A DNA stretch of 64,000 nt from Chrysomallon squamiferum (GCA_012295275.1 CM022674.1:17112001-17176000), one strand, 5' to 3'; positions 34,873 to 53,301 are shown, counted from the first letter of the stretch. Notes: a model not told the origin generated them from the letters alone. Numbers and translations: made by a program.

Positions 34873-35457
34873 CTGAAATTAAGTAACGAAAATAGAAATC
34901 TGATATTTTTAAACTAGAAATTAATGAGAAATATAAAACAGGATTGTTTTTCAAATTAGTCAAATTCTTAAATAAGGTCTTAAACACAAAGATTATTAAA
35001 AACAGAAAGCCAGAGACACAAAAATGTCAAAATGTATAAAAGAAAAAAGGTACCAAGAGAGAGACAGGTAGGTATCTTCCTAAAAATGTACACATACATT
35101 CACACAGTCAATTACACACACACACACGCACACACACAATCACACATATAAATAAATAGACATATAAATAGATGGATATATAAATATATAGGTAGATAGA
35201 TAGATAGATAGATAGATATTTAAACAGATATATAGCCACATACACATGTATGTATGAATGCATCTATCTAGCTCTCAATAGTTCTGTGTGTGAACACATA
35301 TACACACACACACCTGAAGGCTTCAGCTTTTACAACAAAAAAACCTCCAAATTAATGACATTTATAGCTGCACGTGATTTTCATAAACATTTATTAAATT
35401 AATAAAAGTTGTATCTGTCTTATTATTTTTTCATGCTTGTATTTTGTTTCTTATTTC

Positions 35458-35521
<64 letters not shown>

Positions 35522-36069
35522 GATATGATCATTGTCGTTTTACAGCTGGTGACCTGCAGATGATGGTAAAACAGTAGACGGACCTCACATCCTGGCTGCT
35601 GTGAGTTCAAATCTTCACAACTGACTGGTTTATTGTAATTAAAGAAAACACATTATCAAAGTATAGAATGTTATATGTCAGAACAAATTTTAATTTTTCT
35701 TTTTATCTCTTGTCAGATCATTTTAGTTCAGCTGTACTGTATTTAAGAAGTAACATTTACAGTGTATATGTTTCAGATTTTCGATATGTCACAGAAATAT
35801 ATTCATTCTAAGAAATACTTCACTCTAATCATACCTGTTTTGAGATACCTATCTGTCTGTCTATCTGTTTATTGAAGATTATGAAAATAATGTACATATG
35901 TATGTGTGTGTGTTTGTGTGTGTGTATGAGACAGAGTGCATGCATGTGCATATGTGTGATGGATATATAATTATGTACATACACAAAAAAGTGAGTGATA
36001 GTGTGATGATTTGTTATAATTTATTTGTAGATGAACCTTTGGCAAAGTTAGGCAACAGCAAGATATCAC

Positions 36070-36740
36070 ACTAGCTCCTTCTATTAGCAGTATCAAAGTT
36101 GCAGTATAACACTATATAGGATATTCACTTTATATCAGCAAAGATGAAGGAAGAACAGTTAGATCAGTACTTGTATGTCAACTCAGGCCTGAAGCAAAGA
36201 AAACTTTACAACCTGTCCAACCTGATTTCTGCACTGAGCCACACAACAACAAAACCAGTCATCTTTTCAGTTGTTGCAGGATAAGCAAGCAACTACCAAC
36301 CTGAAACACTGGACAGTATTTACTTTCAGAATTGTTTGATGAACCTTTTACATCTGTCAGTAAGGAAAAGTTAATTATTGTCAGAATGTGTTCATCGAAA
36401 TCTGATAGTAAGGAAGAGGCACTGAATTACAAAACTAACACAAAGTTACGATCAAACAACAATGAAATGATAGATGAGCAACTCTGTTTAAGCAAGTATC
36501 TCTGTTACCAAGTTCAGTGCACATTATTTCTTACCAATGTGGAATACTGTGCCTACTGAAGGTGAATTCTTGACACAGAGATAACTATTTATTAATGAGC
36601 AGTTTTGCATTGAAATGATGGAAAAGACAGGAGAGTTTTTTTTTTAAAACTGGCACTATTACCAGAACTTGTTGGAAACTGCACTCAAAACACATTTAGC
36701 GCTGTATATTATATCTTTCGGCATCCTGAATGAGAACTGT
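36070..36740 (+). mobile_element. Heavily degraded YqaJ/lambda-exonuclease-like ORF remnant of transposon origin
   Basis: KPVIFSVVAG*ASNYQP..ELFDE...KLI..C...SKEEA...TKLRS...LCY pattern resembles the region preceding YqaJ domains in invertebrate DNA transposons; many stops. Confidence 0.35.
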
Positions 36741-36884
36741 AAGGAATTCAAGAAGAAAACATGAACAAGAAAAACAAAGACAGTAAATTAAATATGTTTG
36801 TAATGTTTTTCTATCCCAAATTTTATGATGAAAAATTAAAAATAAACAAGTTGCTATTAATTATTATTATTATGTTTCCCTGTT

Positions 36885-38784
36885 GAAGCTGATTAGAAAA
36901 TGTACAGGGTAACTTTAAAGAAAAACGTAGTGTAAGAAAATATACAGGATATCTTTAATCTAAAACGTATTATTAGAAAATATATAGTGTAATTTTAAAC
37001 AAAAAACATTTTATTAGAAATATACAGTGAAACTTTAAACAAAAGCATATTATTGGCAAATACACAGGTAACTGAAATCAAAAACAGATAATTAGAAAAT
37101 ATAAAGGATTTCTTTAAACAAATATATATTATTAGTAATATATAGGATAACTTTAAACAGAAACGTGTTATTAGGAATATATACTGTGTATTATCATAAA
37201 AAATGGTTTATTAGAAATGAATAGTGAAGCTTTAAAGAAAAATGTATTATTAGAAAATATACATGATAACTTGAAACAAAAACGTATAATTAAGAAATAT
37301 ACACGACATATTTAGACAAAAATGTATTATTATAAAATATACAGGTCAACTTTAATAAAAAATATACTATTAGAAAATATACAGGATAACGTTAAAGAAA
37401 AATTATTGTAAGAAAATATACAGGATATTTTTAATGCAAAAGGTATTATTAGAAAATATACAGTGTAATGTTGAACAAAAAATATATAGTGTAATGTTAT
37501 ACAAAAACGTTTTATTAGAAATATACAGAGAAATTTAAACAAAAAACGTATTACTAGAAAATATACTGGACCAATTTAATAATAATAATCATAATAGTAA
37601 TAATAGAAAACGAAACTCGAATTGCTCGAAAATATACAGGGTAACGTTAAACAAAACAGATTTATTAGAAATATACAGTGAAACTTTAAACAAAAAAAGT
37701 ATTATTGGCAAATATACACGTAATTTTAATCAAAAACAGATAATTAGAAAATATAAAGGATTTGTTTAAACAAATATGTATTATTAGTAATATATAGAAT
37801 AACTTTAAACAGAAACGTATTATTAGAAATACAGAGTAGAAGTTTAAACCAAAAAGTTTGATTAGGAATATATAATGGATAACGTTAACCAAAATGCGTA
37901 TTATTGGAAAATGTACAGCATATATTTGGATAGAAACGTATTATTAGATAATATACAGGATAACTTTAAGCAAAAATGTATTATTAGAAAATATACAGGA
38001 TAACTTTAAACAACAACGTATGATTAGCAATAATGCAGTAAAAGTAAACAGAAATATATTATTAGGAAAATATACTGGATAGTGTTAAACAAAAGACATA
38101 TTATTGGAAATATGCAATCTAACTTTAAAGAGAAATGTATCGTTAGAAATATATAGTAAAATTTTAAACAAAAACATAGTATTAGAAATATACAGTGAAA
38201 CTTAAAAAAAAATATCTCTTCAGGGTAATTAAACAAATACGTCTAAATAGAAATGTACAGTGTAACTTTAAACAAAAAGGTGTTACTAGAATTGTACGGG
38301 GTAACTATAAACAAAATGTATTAGTAGAAATACACAGTGAAATTATAAACGAAAACGTATTATTAGAAAATATACTGGATAACTTTAAACAAAACACGTA
38401 TTATCGGAAAATTTACAAAATAACTTTAAACAAAATATTATGAAAATATACAGAGTAACTGTCAACAAAAAACGTGTTCTTAGAATTGTATGTAATAAGT
38501 TTAAACAAAAGACGTATTATTAGAAAACATAGAGGATAAATTTAAACAAAAACGTATTATTAGAAAATATATGCAGGATGTCTTTAAACAAAAACGTATT
38601 TTTAGACAATACACGTGATAATTTTAAACAAAACACGAATTGTTAGAAAATATACAGGACAATGTTAAACAAAAACTATTTATTTTTAAATATACCGTGA
38701 CACTTTAAACAAAAAACGTACTGTTAGAGATATACAGTAAAACTTTATACAAAAAAACGTATTATTTAGGAATATATACAGGAG

Positions 38785-38826
<42 letters not shown>

Positions 38827-39650
38827 TAGCACCGTTAGAAAATTATTAGAATAAAAAGGCATTATTACAAAATATACTGGATAACTTTAAGTAAATATAT
38901 AGCTATAAAATGTACAGGATGAATTTAAACAAAAACGTATTATTAGGAAATATACAGGTTAACTTTAAGCAAAAACGCTCTATTAGAAAATACTCAGGGT
39001 AACATAGCATAACATTATACAAAAGCATATTCTTAGAAATATACAGAAAAACTTTAAACATGAATATATTTGTGCACATATACAGGTCACTAAAATATAT
39101 TATTAGAAATATGCAGTATTCAATTAATTTAAAAAAATATTATTAGAAATATACAATGAAATGTAAAAAAATAACCTATTTTCAGAAATATGCACTATTA
39201 TTAGAATAGCAAGTTCGAGAAAAACAACAACAACAAAAACACAACAACGACGTATTATTAGAAATATACAGAGTAACTTTAAACAAAAACATATTATAAG
39301 AAATATGCAATGTAACTTGATCAAAAACGTATTATTATAATTATGGGGTGTAGCTTTTATATATTACTATTGTTATTATGATTATTATTATTATTATTAT
39401 TATTATTAAAAATATGCACTGTAAATAAGTAAGAAATGTATTACTTGAAATATACAGTGCACTATTAAACAAAAACGTTTCAGAAATATACAGAATAAGT
39501 ATAGACAAGAACCTGTTTTAAAGAATATGCTGTGTAAGTTTAAACAGGAAGGTGCTATTAGGGATAAGCATTGTAATTTTAAACATAAACTTATAAATGA
39601 AAAAATGCAGTGCATCTTTTAACAAAAGTTAATATTAAATGTATCTTAAA
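36885..39650. repeat. AT-rich ~39-40-bp satellite, ~2.7 kb, diverged
   Basis: Consensus ~ AAACGTATTATTAGAAAATATACAGGATAACTTTAAACAA repeated throughout. Confidence 0.92.
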
Positions 39651-39960
39651 ACGAAAAGTGTATCATCATCATCATCAGCAGCAACAACATTATCAACATC
39701 ATCGTCACCGTTTTCTTCACCATACTGAATCTTCTCTTTAGTCGTTGTATGATTGTTTTAAGTAGAAACTGACCAGGCACACATTTCTCAGTTCTGTTAA
39801 AATGTTTACTTTTAACAAGTCTGTAAAATAATAACAATAAAAAAAAAAAAAAAAAAAAAAAAAATTAAATGAGTTTTTACTCTGACTGATAGAGAACCAC
39901 GAAGTAAATTATGATAAGTGTTAGCCTGTATCTGAGGTGATTGATTTTCTGTACCTGTTT

Positions 39961-40173
<213 letters not shown>

Positions 40174-40374
40174 ACTGGAGTTTAAATTCATCATAAAAAC
40201 ACTTGTTCTAACCAAAAGTTATGGTCTCTACTGACAAAGAAATATTTAATATGAATTAAATATGTTATGCGCCTTGATTTACATGAAAGAGAAAAGAAAG
40301 TAGAAGCTTTTGTCGATCCTGTCTTCTTCTTCTTCTTTTTTTCTTATTATTGTGATTATGATTATGATTATGGC

Positions 40375-40453
<79 letters not shown>

Positions 40454-40455
40454 AG

Positions 40456-44031
<3,576 letters not shown>

Positions 44032-44715
44032 GTAAAGTGAACATTTTATATTAATAACCTGTTGGTCATCCTAGCGACATTAGCAAATTTAGCTTTATCA
44101 TTACAGCAACGTTAGTAGTAGTTGTAGTAATAATATAAGTTATAGTTGTGTAGTAGTAGTAGCAGCACCAATAGAATAAGTAGAAATGTTGATGGTAATG
44201 ATCGTAGTCGTAGCAGTGGAAGTTCTACCAGCAATAATAATGATAACATTCACAGCAGCAGCATAATTGTCTTGGTGACACAGGCAGTTTTGGTTCCTGT
44301 GGAAATTATAGAACTAATATGGTAATAGTTGTAGTTGTACTTTTTGTAATTCTACAAGTGATTGTTGTAGTGGTAGTTGTACCTTTTGTAGTTCTACAAG
44401 TGATTGTTGTAGTGGTAGTCGTAGGAGTAATTTGTTTTATGCACGTTCGTGGAATGCTCACTGTCTTCCATCTGACCTAATATCTTTAATATTTCCACAA
44501 AATACTGTATTTATTTATTTATTTATTTATTTATTTATTTGTTTATTTATTTGATATGATTTGATTGTTTATTTCAGGTTAAAATCAATATGAAAAGAAA
44601 AGTAGATGATTGTAATATTATTATATGTTAACATGTCTGTTTCAAGAAGGATCTTCACGTGGACATTCTCTGACATTTTTTATGTTTATGTCCATGGAAT
44701 CAACGTGGACGTCAA

Positions 44716-44862
<147 letters not shown>

Positions 44863-45664
44863 AACAACAAAGGAAACAACATAGAGGTATATTTGCTCGT
44901 GGGATCTTAGCACTTAGATGTGTGTTACAGGCGAGACGTAGGAATTACTTTCTGTTTCTGAAGGGTGACGCGGTTCAGAGAAATTAGTCTGGCACAGGTT
45001 TAAATAGAGAGAAAAACAAATAGTTTAACTTTATTTATTTATTTGTTGTTATGAATTGTTATAGCTGTATATTTTACGAAGAGTTAATGAAAACATTCTA
45101 GTCTGGTGTTTTGACATAATTTAACACTAGATATGTTAAAAAGTTAACTGGCATGTATAACACACCACTCTCAGTGTGTTCAGATTTTCTCGTTTTTTTA
45201 GGTTTTTCTGACAATGAATTCAAGAACTATAAACAATGTAGTTCTTAGCTGTGGATTTTAGTTTTCTAAAATATATTTCCCATCATACCTCTGTAAAAAG
45301 AATTGACACAAGATAAATAACATCAACAAGAGAACAGTTTTAGTTCATTATTTATATACAGAGTATGTCTCGTAATAATATGAAAAACTAGAAGCGGAAC
45401 TAAATTATTTACGTTTTTGTGGAAACGTCAGTTAAAACAATTAAAGTCGGGAGAATCAAGTTATTACGTTAATATGTGAGTGTGTGCGTGTGTGTGTGTG
45501 TGTCTCTGTGTGTGTGCGTGTGTGTGTTCAACAGTTTACTGATTACACTGCCTATTGACGGTAAAAAACAAAAATAAAAGTATCTTAACAGACGCCGTCC
45601 AATTTATGCTGCTATAGGCAACATCCCTCTTGTCGCTTCCCGAATCAGAGCATGAATTTCAAAT

Positions 45665-46096
45665 TCGCCTCAACCTCGTCTCAACTCTCGCCTCAACTCT
45701 CGTCTTTCCCTCGTCTCAACTCTCAACCCTCGTCTCAACCCTCGCCTCAACCTCGTCTCAACCCTCGTCTCAACTCTCTCAACCCTCGCCTCAGCCCTCG
45801 CCTCAACCTTCGTCTCAACCTCGTCTCAACCTTCAGCCTCAACTCAACCCTCGTCTCAACTCTCGTATCAACTCTCGTTTCAACTCTCGCCTCAACCCTC
45901 GTATCAACCCTCGCCTCAACCCTCGTCTCAGCCCTCGCCTCAACCTTCGTCTCAACCTCGTCTCAACCTTCTCAACCCTCGTCTCAACTCTCGTATCAAC
46001 TCTCGTTTCAACTCTCGCCTCAACCCTCGTATCAACCCTCGCCTCAACCTCGTCTGAACTCTCGTCTCAACCCTCTTCGCAACTCTCGTCTCAACC
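45665..46096. repeat. 12-bp minisatellite (CTCGTCTCAACC)n, ~36 units
   Basis: Directly visible C-rich periodic array with variant units; explains spurious ORFs 45630-46194. Confidence 0.93.
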
Positions 46097-47717
46097 GAGG
46101 AATCAAAGACAAAAACAAAGACACGCGTGTTGACAAATTTCAAAGCTGTCTTAGTTTATTAGTCAAAACTAGCTCTATCCTAGCCTGTAATTAACGTAAC
46201 TACGAAATTTAAAAATAATAATAATAATAATAAAACAAATAAAAAATGCCTTTAAAGGTTCGACATGACATTTTTTTCCAGTAAAAGGGCATTAATGATG
46301 GTCAAACAGAACTTTAATTATCTGCATATATCGAAATTTTAATACAGTTTATTTACAGATTACAATCATTAATACATATTTATTTACTACCTGTCGTTGT
46401 TTTATCTTTTGTTTATCTCATAAAACTACATAATCTTTGGCTTTCTCTCGGTCTCTTTGCTTTTTCTGTAGACACTTTTGTTCTCTAAATATACTTTCCC
46501 GAAGACAAATAGTAATGTCGACTAACAATGGACAGCCTTTCTCTCAGATACATGAAAAGGAGAACTTAGGCTCAATAAAAGTCATTATAAGAGACTGATG
46601 TTCATGCACTGATTGTGTTCTATCACTTTCTAAACGTCAAGAATTGTATTACATTCACACGAAATATCTATTCTCAGCACGACACTAAAAAATACTCTTT
46701 GTGTTTGTCTTTATAACAAAGCAAATCTCATATTGATTATACTAGTAAAGCGAATACTGTCCTCCATTGTCAGTAAAACTAGAACCACAGTTGGTAGAAA
46801 AAACCTTAATGACGTACTTTCTTCTGAATTTATTATTGATATATCTTAATAACCTGTTTTTAAATGTTTATAATCTAAAATAATCTTCATTGTTTAATGT
46901 GTCAAATCATCACAATCAAGCAGTCTGTTTTCTTATGTTTATTCAATTGAGATGACAACTTGTCTTGTCCTTCACCTGTCAGACTTCAAATAAAGTCAAG
47001 AGAATGAGTTATGCCGAGGCATTGACAGAATAAAAAAGTGTCAAGAGGTTTGAAGCGGATGCAGTCAAAGAAAACGCTGAGGTGCAGACTTGAAAGATAT
47101 TACAAACATACATGACTAATTAGTATTAAACAATATAAAAATACATCATGAATATGGTTTACTATTTCCAGCACTACTATTATTTCCTGTTCCACTATTA
47201 TTAGCCTACTATATCCAGTACTACTATTATTACTGACCATACCATTTCCAGTACTACTACTATTACCAACACTACTATTTCCAGTGCTACTACTATTATT
47301 ATTATTATTAGCCATACTATTTCCAGTACTACTATTATTGCGTTTATCTAACTTATCTTGATGTTCCCCTTAATTTACCTTAATTACCTGATGACCGACA
47401 TCACCTGGAACGAGAAAGGAAAGGTAAATTATCCGAGCGGAGCAAGGATTTGAACTCCAAGCAGCGAGCGTAGCTAGCGTGAACGCTTTTTTTTTTTTTT
47501 TTTTTTTATCTTTATTAGTATAATCACCAGTTGTACACAATTAAAATAACATTACAGCTGTAAATAACAATAACAAAAACTATTTCCTCTCACACACTCA
47601 GTCACACTCATTCACACTCACATGCATGCATACTTATTTATTCGGAATATTCATATATATTTACAGTATTTTATAGTATTAATTCTTTTATCCATTTCCA
47701 TGATTTATCTATATTGA

Positions 47718-50700
47718 TTATTTGTAGCTTTCCAAAGGATATTTGAAAATAAGTATGTCATCTTTTAGTTCTAGGAAAATATTGTTCTTAACATATTTGT
47801 TAATAAAAATTGAAAGTTTGTTTTGAATACGATATTGATTTAGAATGATTTTAAAGCACTGATACATATAATTTCTAAAAAAATGTGTTATATTGATATT
47901 TGTTCCTTTCATTTGAGCTATTACACGCCTTTTGAACACTGTTATTCTATAAATTGAAAGAATAATATTAATAAATTCTATTGTACTATTTTCAATTTTG
48001 AGGTAACATCCAAATATTAATAATCTTTTTAATTGTTCTAGAGAAAACCCTGTTTTCTTAAATATATAAATACATATTTCATGAAAGATTGATATTAATT
48101 CCTTCAATTCTTCACAATACAAAAATAAATGGCACAAATCTTCATCATCCTTCAAACACACTGGACATACACTAGATGAGATTTTGCCATATTTATATAA
48201 TTTGTTATATGTATATATTATATGATGAACTATTCTAAAATCTAAGTCTATAAATTCAGTAAATTTATCACTATAGTGTATCCATTTCCAAACTGGTCTC
48301 CAGAATATATTAAAACCAAGCTCATTCCATTTTTCTTCACAAGTTGGTGCTTTAAAGTTTTTTAAAATTAAAATAGAATAAATTATTTTAACTGTAAATT
48401 TACTGACATTTATCATTTCATTATTCTGAAACAAAAATAAATCTTTATTAGAAGTTAATTTTTTAGCATTTCTGTTAATAGAACTTTTCCATTCATCTGG
48501 AAGTGATTTCTTAATAACATTGTAAGCTATATAAATTTGGTTTTTGGATAATTCTGGAGATTTTTCATGAATAATTTCTACAATAGCTGTAAAAGGAAGA
48601 AAACCTGGTATTACTTCATAAGCAATATCAGCCACTTTGACTATTCCACTTTTTATAAAAGAACTAAATAATAATAATTTGTTTTTATATTTGATGAATG
48701 GATTTTGAAAAAGTGGCTGAGACAATATTTCATCTGTATCAAGTGGGAAATTACGTTCTCCATTATTAACATAGTCCCAAGCTGATAACATTTCAGCATA
48801 AAAGGGATTGATAACTTTTAAAGCTTCTTTACTGTATACTATTTAAAAATGTCATAATTTAGATTCATATTCATATATTTTTCAAGAAATATTGACATTG
48901 TATATTTCCACACATTTTTAAAATTATTATCAAAATATTTCTTTAACATTTTTATTCGAAAGGCCATTTTCTTTAATGAAATATCTTGAATATTTAATCC
49001 ACCCGACATTTTATTTCCAATTATTGTTGAATATTTTATTAAAGATGTTTTCCCTTCCCACATAAATTTACAAAATAATTTATGAATTTCATTTTCTACC
49101 CAATTTGGTACATTTATTGTGCTAATGATATACCACAGTCTAGATGTTAATAAAGTATTCCATACTTCAGCTTTTCCGTGCACAGTAAGTTTCCTTTGAC
49201 TCCATAAGTTAATTAGATTAGACATTTTAGCTAATTTATTTTTCCAGTTCAAAGTTTCACATAATAGTTTATTTGGTCCTAAATATATACCTAGAATTTT
49301 AACATAGTTTTTATTTATTGATATTGGAATGTTAAAGGATAAGTTTTCAATCATGGTTTTACCAAGATAAAGTACTTCTGACTTATCTACATTGACTTTT
49401 GCCCCTGTAGCACTACAATACATATTTATTGTATTAAAAACATTTTCTACTGACTGAGCATCACAGACAGTTACTGTAGTATCATCTGCATGCTGAAATA
49501 ATAAAGAATTAAGTTCATTTGTTATTCTAATTCCATTCATGCTATGTCTTTTTTTTTTAATTAAATTATTTAAGGGTTCAGCTACAATAACATAAAGCAT
49601 CATTGATATTGGACATCCTTGTCTAACCCCTCTTGTAATATTGAAAAAGGTGTTAAATGTCCATTAATTTTTACACAACTTTTTATATTATTATATAGTA
49701 TTTTAATCCACTTTATAAAATTATCACCAAAATTGAATTTTTTCAAAACTTTTAAAATAAAACTATGTGATACTCTATCAAATGCTTTCTCTTGATCTAT
49801 TTTAACTATATACCCTTCTGTATTATTTAACTCGACAATATCTATAATATCTCTTACTGACATAATATTGTCAGCAATATCTCTTCCTTTTACACAACAG
49901 GTTTGTTCTGATGAAATAATAGTTGACATTACTTGTTTAAGACGATTTGCAAGAACTTTTAGCAATAATTTTATAATCTACATTTAAAAGGCTGATAGGT
50001 CTGAAATTTTTTAGGTCTGCTTTATCTCCTTTTTTCTTGTAAAATAAACTAATTACTCCTTTTTTCATACTGCGTGACAACATTTCTTCTTTCTGAATTG
50101 ACATAACTACTTTATGAAAGAAATTTTTAAAATTTTCCCAGAATTTAACATAAAATTCTACTGTTAGACCATCCAAACCAGGTGATTTATTTCTATTCAT
50201 TTCTTTTTAAAGCTTCAGTTAATTCTTCAATTGTAATGTCTTTCTCACAGTTTTCACTTTCAGATTCTTTTAGTTTATTTGATATTAAATTTATTATTTC
50301 TTCCTGTTTAATAATATCTACATTTTCTTGCGTAAATAATTTTGAATAAAAGTCATAAGCATATTGTAATATATCTTCTGTTTTTCTTGTTAATCCATTT
50401 ACTGTTTTTAGCTCTTTAATAGAATTTGATTCTTGTTTTGATTTTTCTAAACTGAGAAAAAATGTGGTATTTCTATCCATATCTAGATTCCAATGAGCTT
50501 TAGATCTCAAAATAGCACCATTACATTTAGATCTCTCAATTAATTTTAATTTTTTTCTTCTAAAATTTGTATGTTACTCAAATCATGATGATTATTTACA
50601 GCTAGTTTAGCATATTCTCTTTTCAAAGCATTTTGTATATTATAATATTTTTCGTTATCTGATTTTCTCTTTTTATTGCAAAATTTCTTGCACATGTTTT

Positions 50701-51606
50701 CATTTTATATTTTAAGTTGTCCCACCAAACACTAGGTTCAGTCTGTAACAAAGGACACTCAGAAGCATTATTAATAACTTCAATAATAGCTTTACAAAAA
50801 CTTTCATCTTTCAACAATTCATTATTAAAGATCCAAATACCTTGACTCTCTCTCTACATGAGAAAAATCTATTTTAAGTGATAAAAATTGTGATCACTAA
50901 CCGAGGTATAGGATATGTATACATTACTTATAAACTGCAATAAATTTCTAGAAATTAAGAATAAATCAATTCTTGACTGTTTTATAGTTTTTTCAACTAT
51001 TTGAGATCTAGTAAATTGCCTTTTATCTGGATTTCTGTGTCGCCAAATATCAACTAAATTATAATTAAAAATAACTGACTGTAATTCATTACTACTTTTT
51101 ATATTGAAAGTTTTATTATTAATGCCCAAATCTAAATTAGGATCTAAAATGTCATTAAAATCTCCTGCCATTATTGTATTTTTTAAATCCACAAATTTAC
51201 ATAATCCTTTAAAAAATAAAATTCTTTCTTCAATATTATTTGGTGCATATACATTTATAAAACTGTATTCTTCTTCATCTATTTTCGTATTAATTTTTAA
51301 AATCCTGCCTTCAGTGTCGCAACTATTAAATGTAAACTTATAAGGACATTCTTTTGATACCAGTATTGCTACACCCCTTCTTTTTTTATTTGGACAATTA
51401 TTATAAAATATATTTCCTTCCCATAAATGTTTATATCTCTCAATGAAGTCATTATCCCAAAATGTTTCCTGTAGAAAAATAATATTTGCATGTTTACTTT
51501 TAAATGTTGCAAAAACTGAATTTAATTTCTCAATATCTCTCAGTCCGTTTACATTTATAGACAAGATCATAGTTAGAAGTAGAAAAATTAGTGAACTATT
51601 ACCCAT
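47718..51606 (-). pseudogene. Tx1 ORF2 (APE endonuclease, reverse transcriptase, C-terminal zinc finger), split by several frameshifts
   Basis: SINVNG..LQET..NVYAP..GDFN..SRID..SDH; KSPGLDG..RPISLLNVDYKI; IDQEKAFDRV; QHADD; CPVC....EDLCHLFLYC. Confidence 0.95.
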
Positions 51607-51618
51607 TTTTAAAATATT

Positions 51619-52785
51619 CTATATCTTGTCTATATCCTCCCCCCCATACTCATTCATTACCCTGGCAACACTTTCTCTCACACTTTTCATGTGTGCTGCT
51701 TGTCTCTTTTTTTGTTTTCTATTTTCTACCAAGCTCCACAGTTTTTCTTCTGATGGACGCTTGATCAATCTCGTTCGACGCTTTGTTTTACTCTGCTTAC
51801 TATTTTCTGCTTCGATGGTTCCAGCTTCCTTGTTAGTAATTTTCACTTTGGTGTTTTTATCAGGGGATTTTCTTGGTTTTTCTCCATTTTCTGATTTTTG
51901 TTGTTCCTTGTTGATTTCCATTTCTGTTGTATTTATCCTCTGGATACTTTCTGCTTCAATTTCTTTTTTCTCCTTTGATTTTACATTATATTCCATACCA
52001 TCACTGTCACTGTCGCTGTTTTTTTGTTCATCGCTGTCATACTCTGACCAACACTCACATTCATCCTCTTTGTTTCCACACTTTTCACACAGAAATATGT
52101 TCGGGCAGTTTCTAGCAAAATGTCCTTTTTGTTTACAGTTATGACACCTTATATTTGGACAGTCTTTCAACAAATGATTATCCGCCATACAGTTGTAACA
52201 GACTTTTATTTGATTGTCATGTAAAACACGAAAATATTTTATTCCTTCATAAGTCCTAAATTTCATTGAGTATGGTAAACTTTTTATTCCGGGTGGAAAT
52301 TTCACTCTCACATATCTTGTTCCATCTGCAATTTTGTCCCTTTGTATAGCCTTCTATAAATTGGTGATAAAATTTCTATTTCCATTTGTTTCAATTTTTC
52401 TTCAATTTCTTCATCTTCAATGTAGGCAGGCAAGTGCAAAAAGGAAACTACTACAGTTTCAGATTTCAAAATTCTCGCCTTTATTTTTAGACCTTTCAAT
52501 TCTGTTTCATCAATTTCCGTAATCATTCTCGCTTGTATAATATCTTCTAGTGTTATTTCATAAGAGTCGGATTCTTTCGGTACGCACGCTTTTATCACAT
52601 CACCCACCTGGCCACTTACAAAATCTATCATGTCGCCTGCTGAAATTTTCTTGTTATCTTCTACATTTACAATCACAGTGCATTCTTTTTTTTAAAAACA
52701 TTTTTTTCTCATTCCTTCTTTTTTTTTTTAAATTCATATCTTTGATCTTTTCTTCGTAATTTTCAGATTCTTCCGCCCAAGACAT
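51619..52785 (-). pseudogene. Tx1 ORF1 (gag-like, zinc knuckles), 2 frameshifts
   Basis: MSWAEESE...VVSFLHLPAYIEDEEI...RVKFPPGIKSLPYS...HDNQIKVCYNCMADNHLLKDCP..CHNCKQKGHFARNCP. Confidence 0.9.
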
Positions 52786-53301
52786 AACACTTAGTTTACA
52801 ACAAAACCTTTCGTCCACTAACCGGAAGTCCACGTGAACGCTAACCACGACACCATCCGATCTCGGACGACCACCATACGAAAAGAACTTCTAGTCAATC
52901 GTGCGATCGATGTTGTGCAATCGATTTGGAGTTACCTCCCAATATGGCGATTATCTGTAGAAGCTGCCATTTTCGAAATTTGCATAATATCCTGCAATAC
53001 TATAAGAATTATATAACTTGCGGGAATAATGACATCATGTTTATTTTTAGAAACTATGTAATGCAATTCTTTTAATTTTATATAAATGTTTATTTTATTA
53101 AATATTTTATTTTATATGCTAAATATTAACGAATGTGTGGATTTATATTTAAAATAGTTAGATAAAATAAAATGAAAATGACGGCTTCTGCAGATAATCG
53201 CCATGTTGGGAGATAACCCAAAACCGACTGCGCAACATCGATCGCAGGATTGACTAGAAGTTATTTTCGTATGTTGCTCGTCCGAGATCGGATGGTGTCG
53301 T

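Larger units (their letters stand above)
47488..52832 (-). mobile_element. Apparently full-length Tx1/L1-clade non-LTR retrotransposon (5.3 kb), frameshifted
   Basis: 47-nt 5' UTR, ORF1 and ORF2, AATAAA (47516-47511) then poly(A) (47507-47488); 10-bp TSD CGTGAACGCT at 47478-47487 and 52833-52842. Confidence 0.96.
47160..53301. mobile_element. Palindromic tRNA-like/satellite element, copy 2 (inverted relative to copy 1), interrupted by the LINE and cut by the gap
   Basis: Satellite 47160-47338; arm 47339-47487 + 52833-52974; spacer 52975-53174 is the reverse complement of 15566-15764; second arm 53175-53301. Confidence 0.85.

Noticed and set aside
45630-46194. 167-aa and 180-aa Ser/Pro/Gln-rich ORFs
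   Set aside because: Products of the 12-bp minisatellite.
49480-49500. HADD instead of YADD in the reverse transcriptase
   Set aside because: A single substitution in one decayed copy; cannot be called novel without other copies.
51443-52144. 233-aa plus-strand ORF
   Set aside because: Antisense shadow of LINE ORF1.
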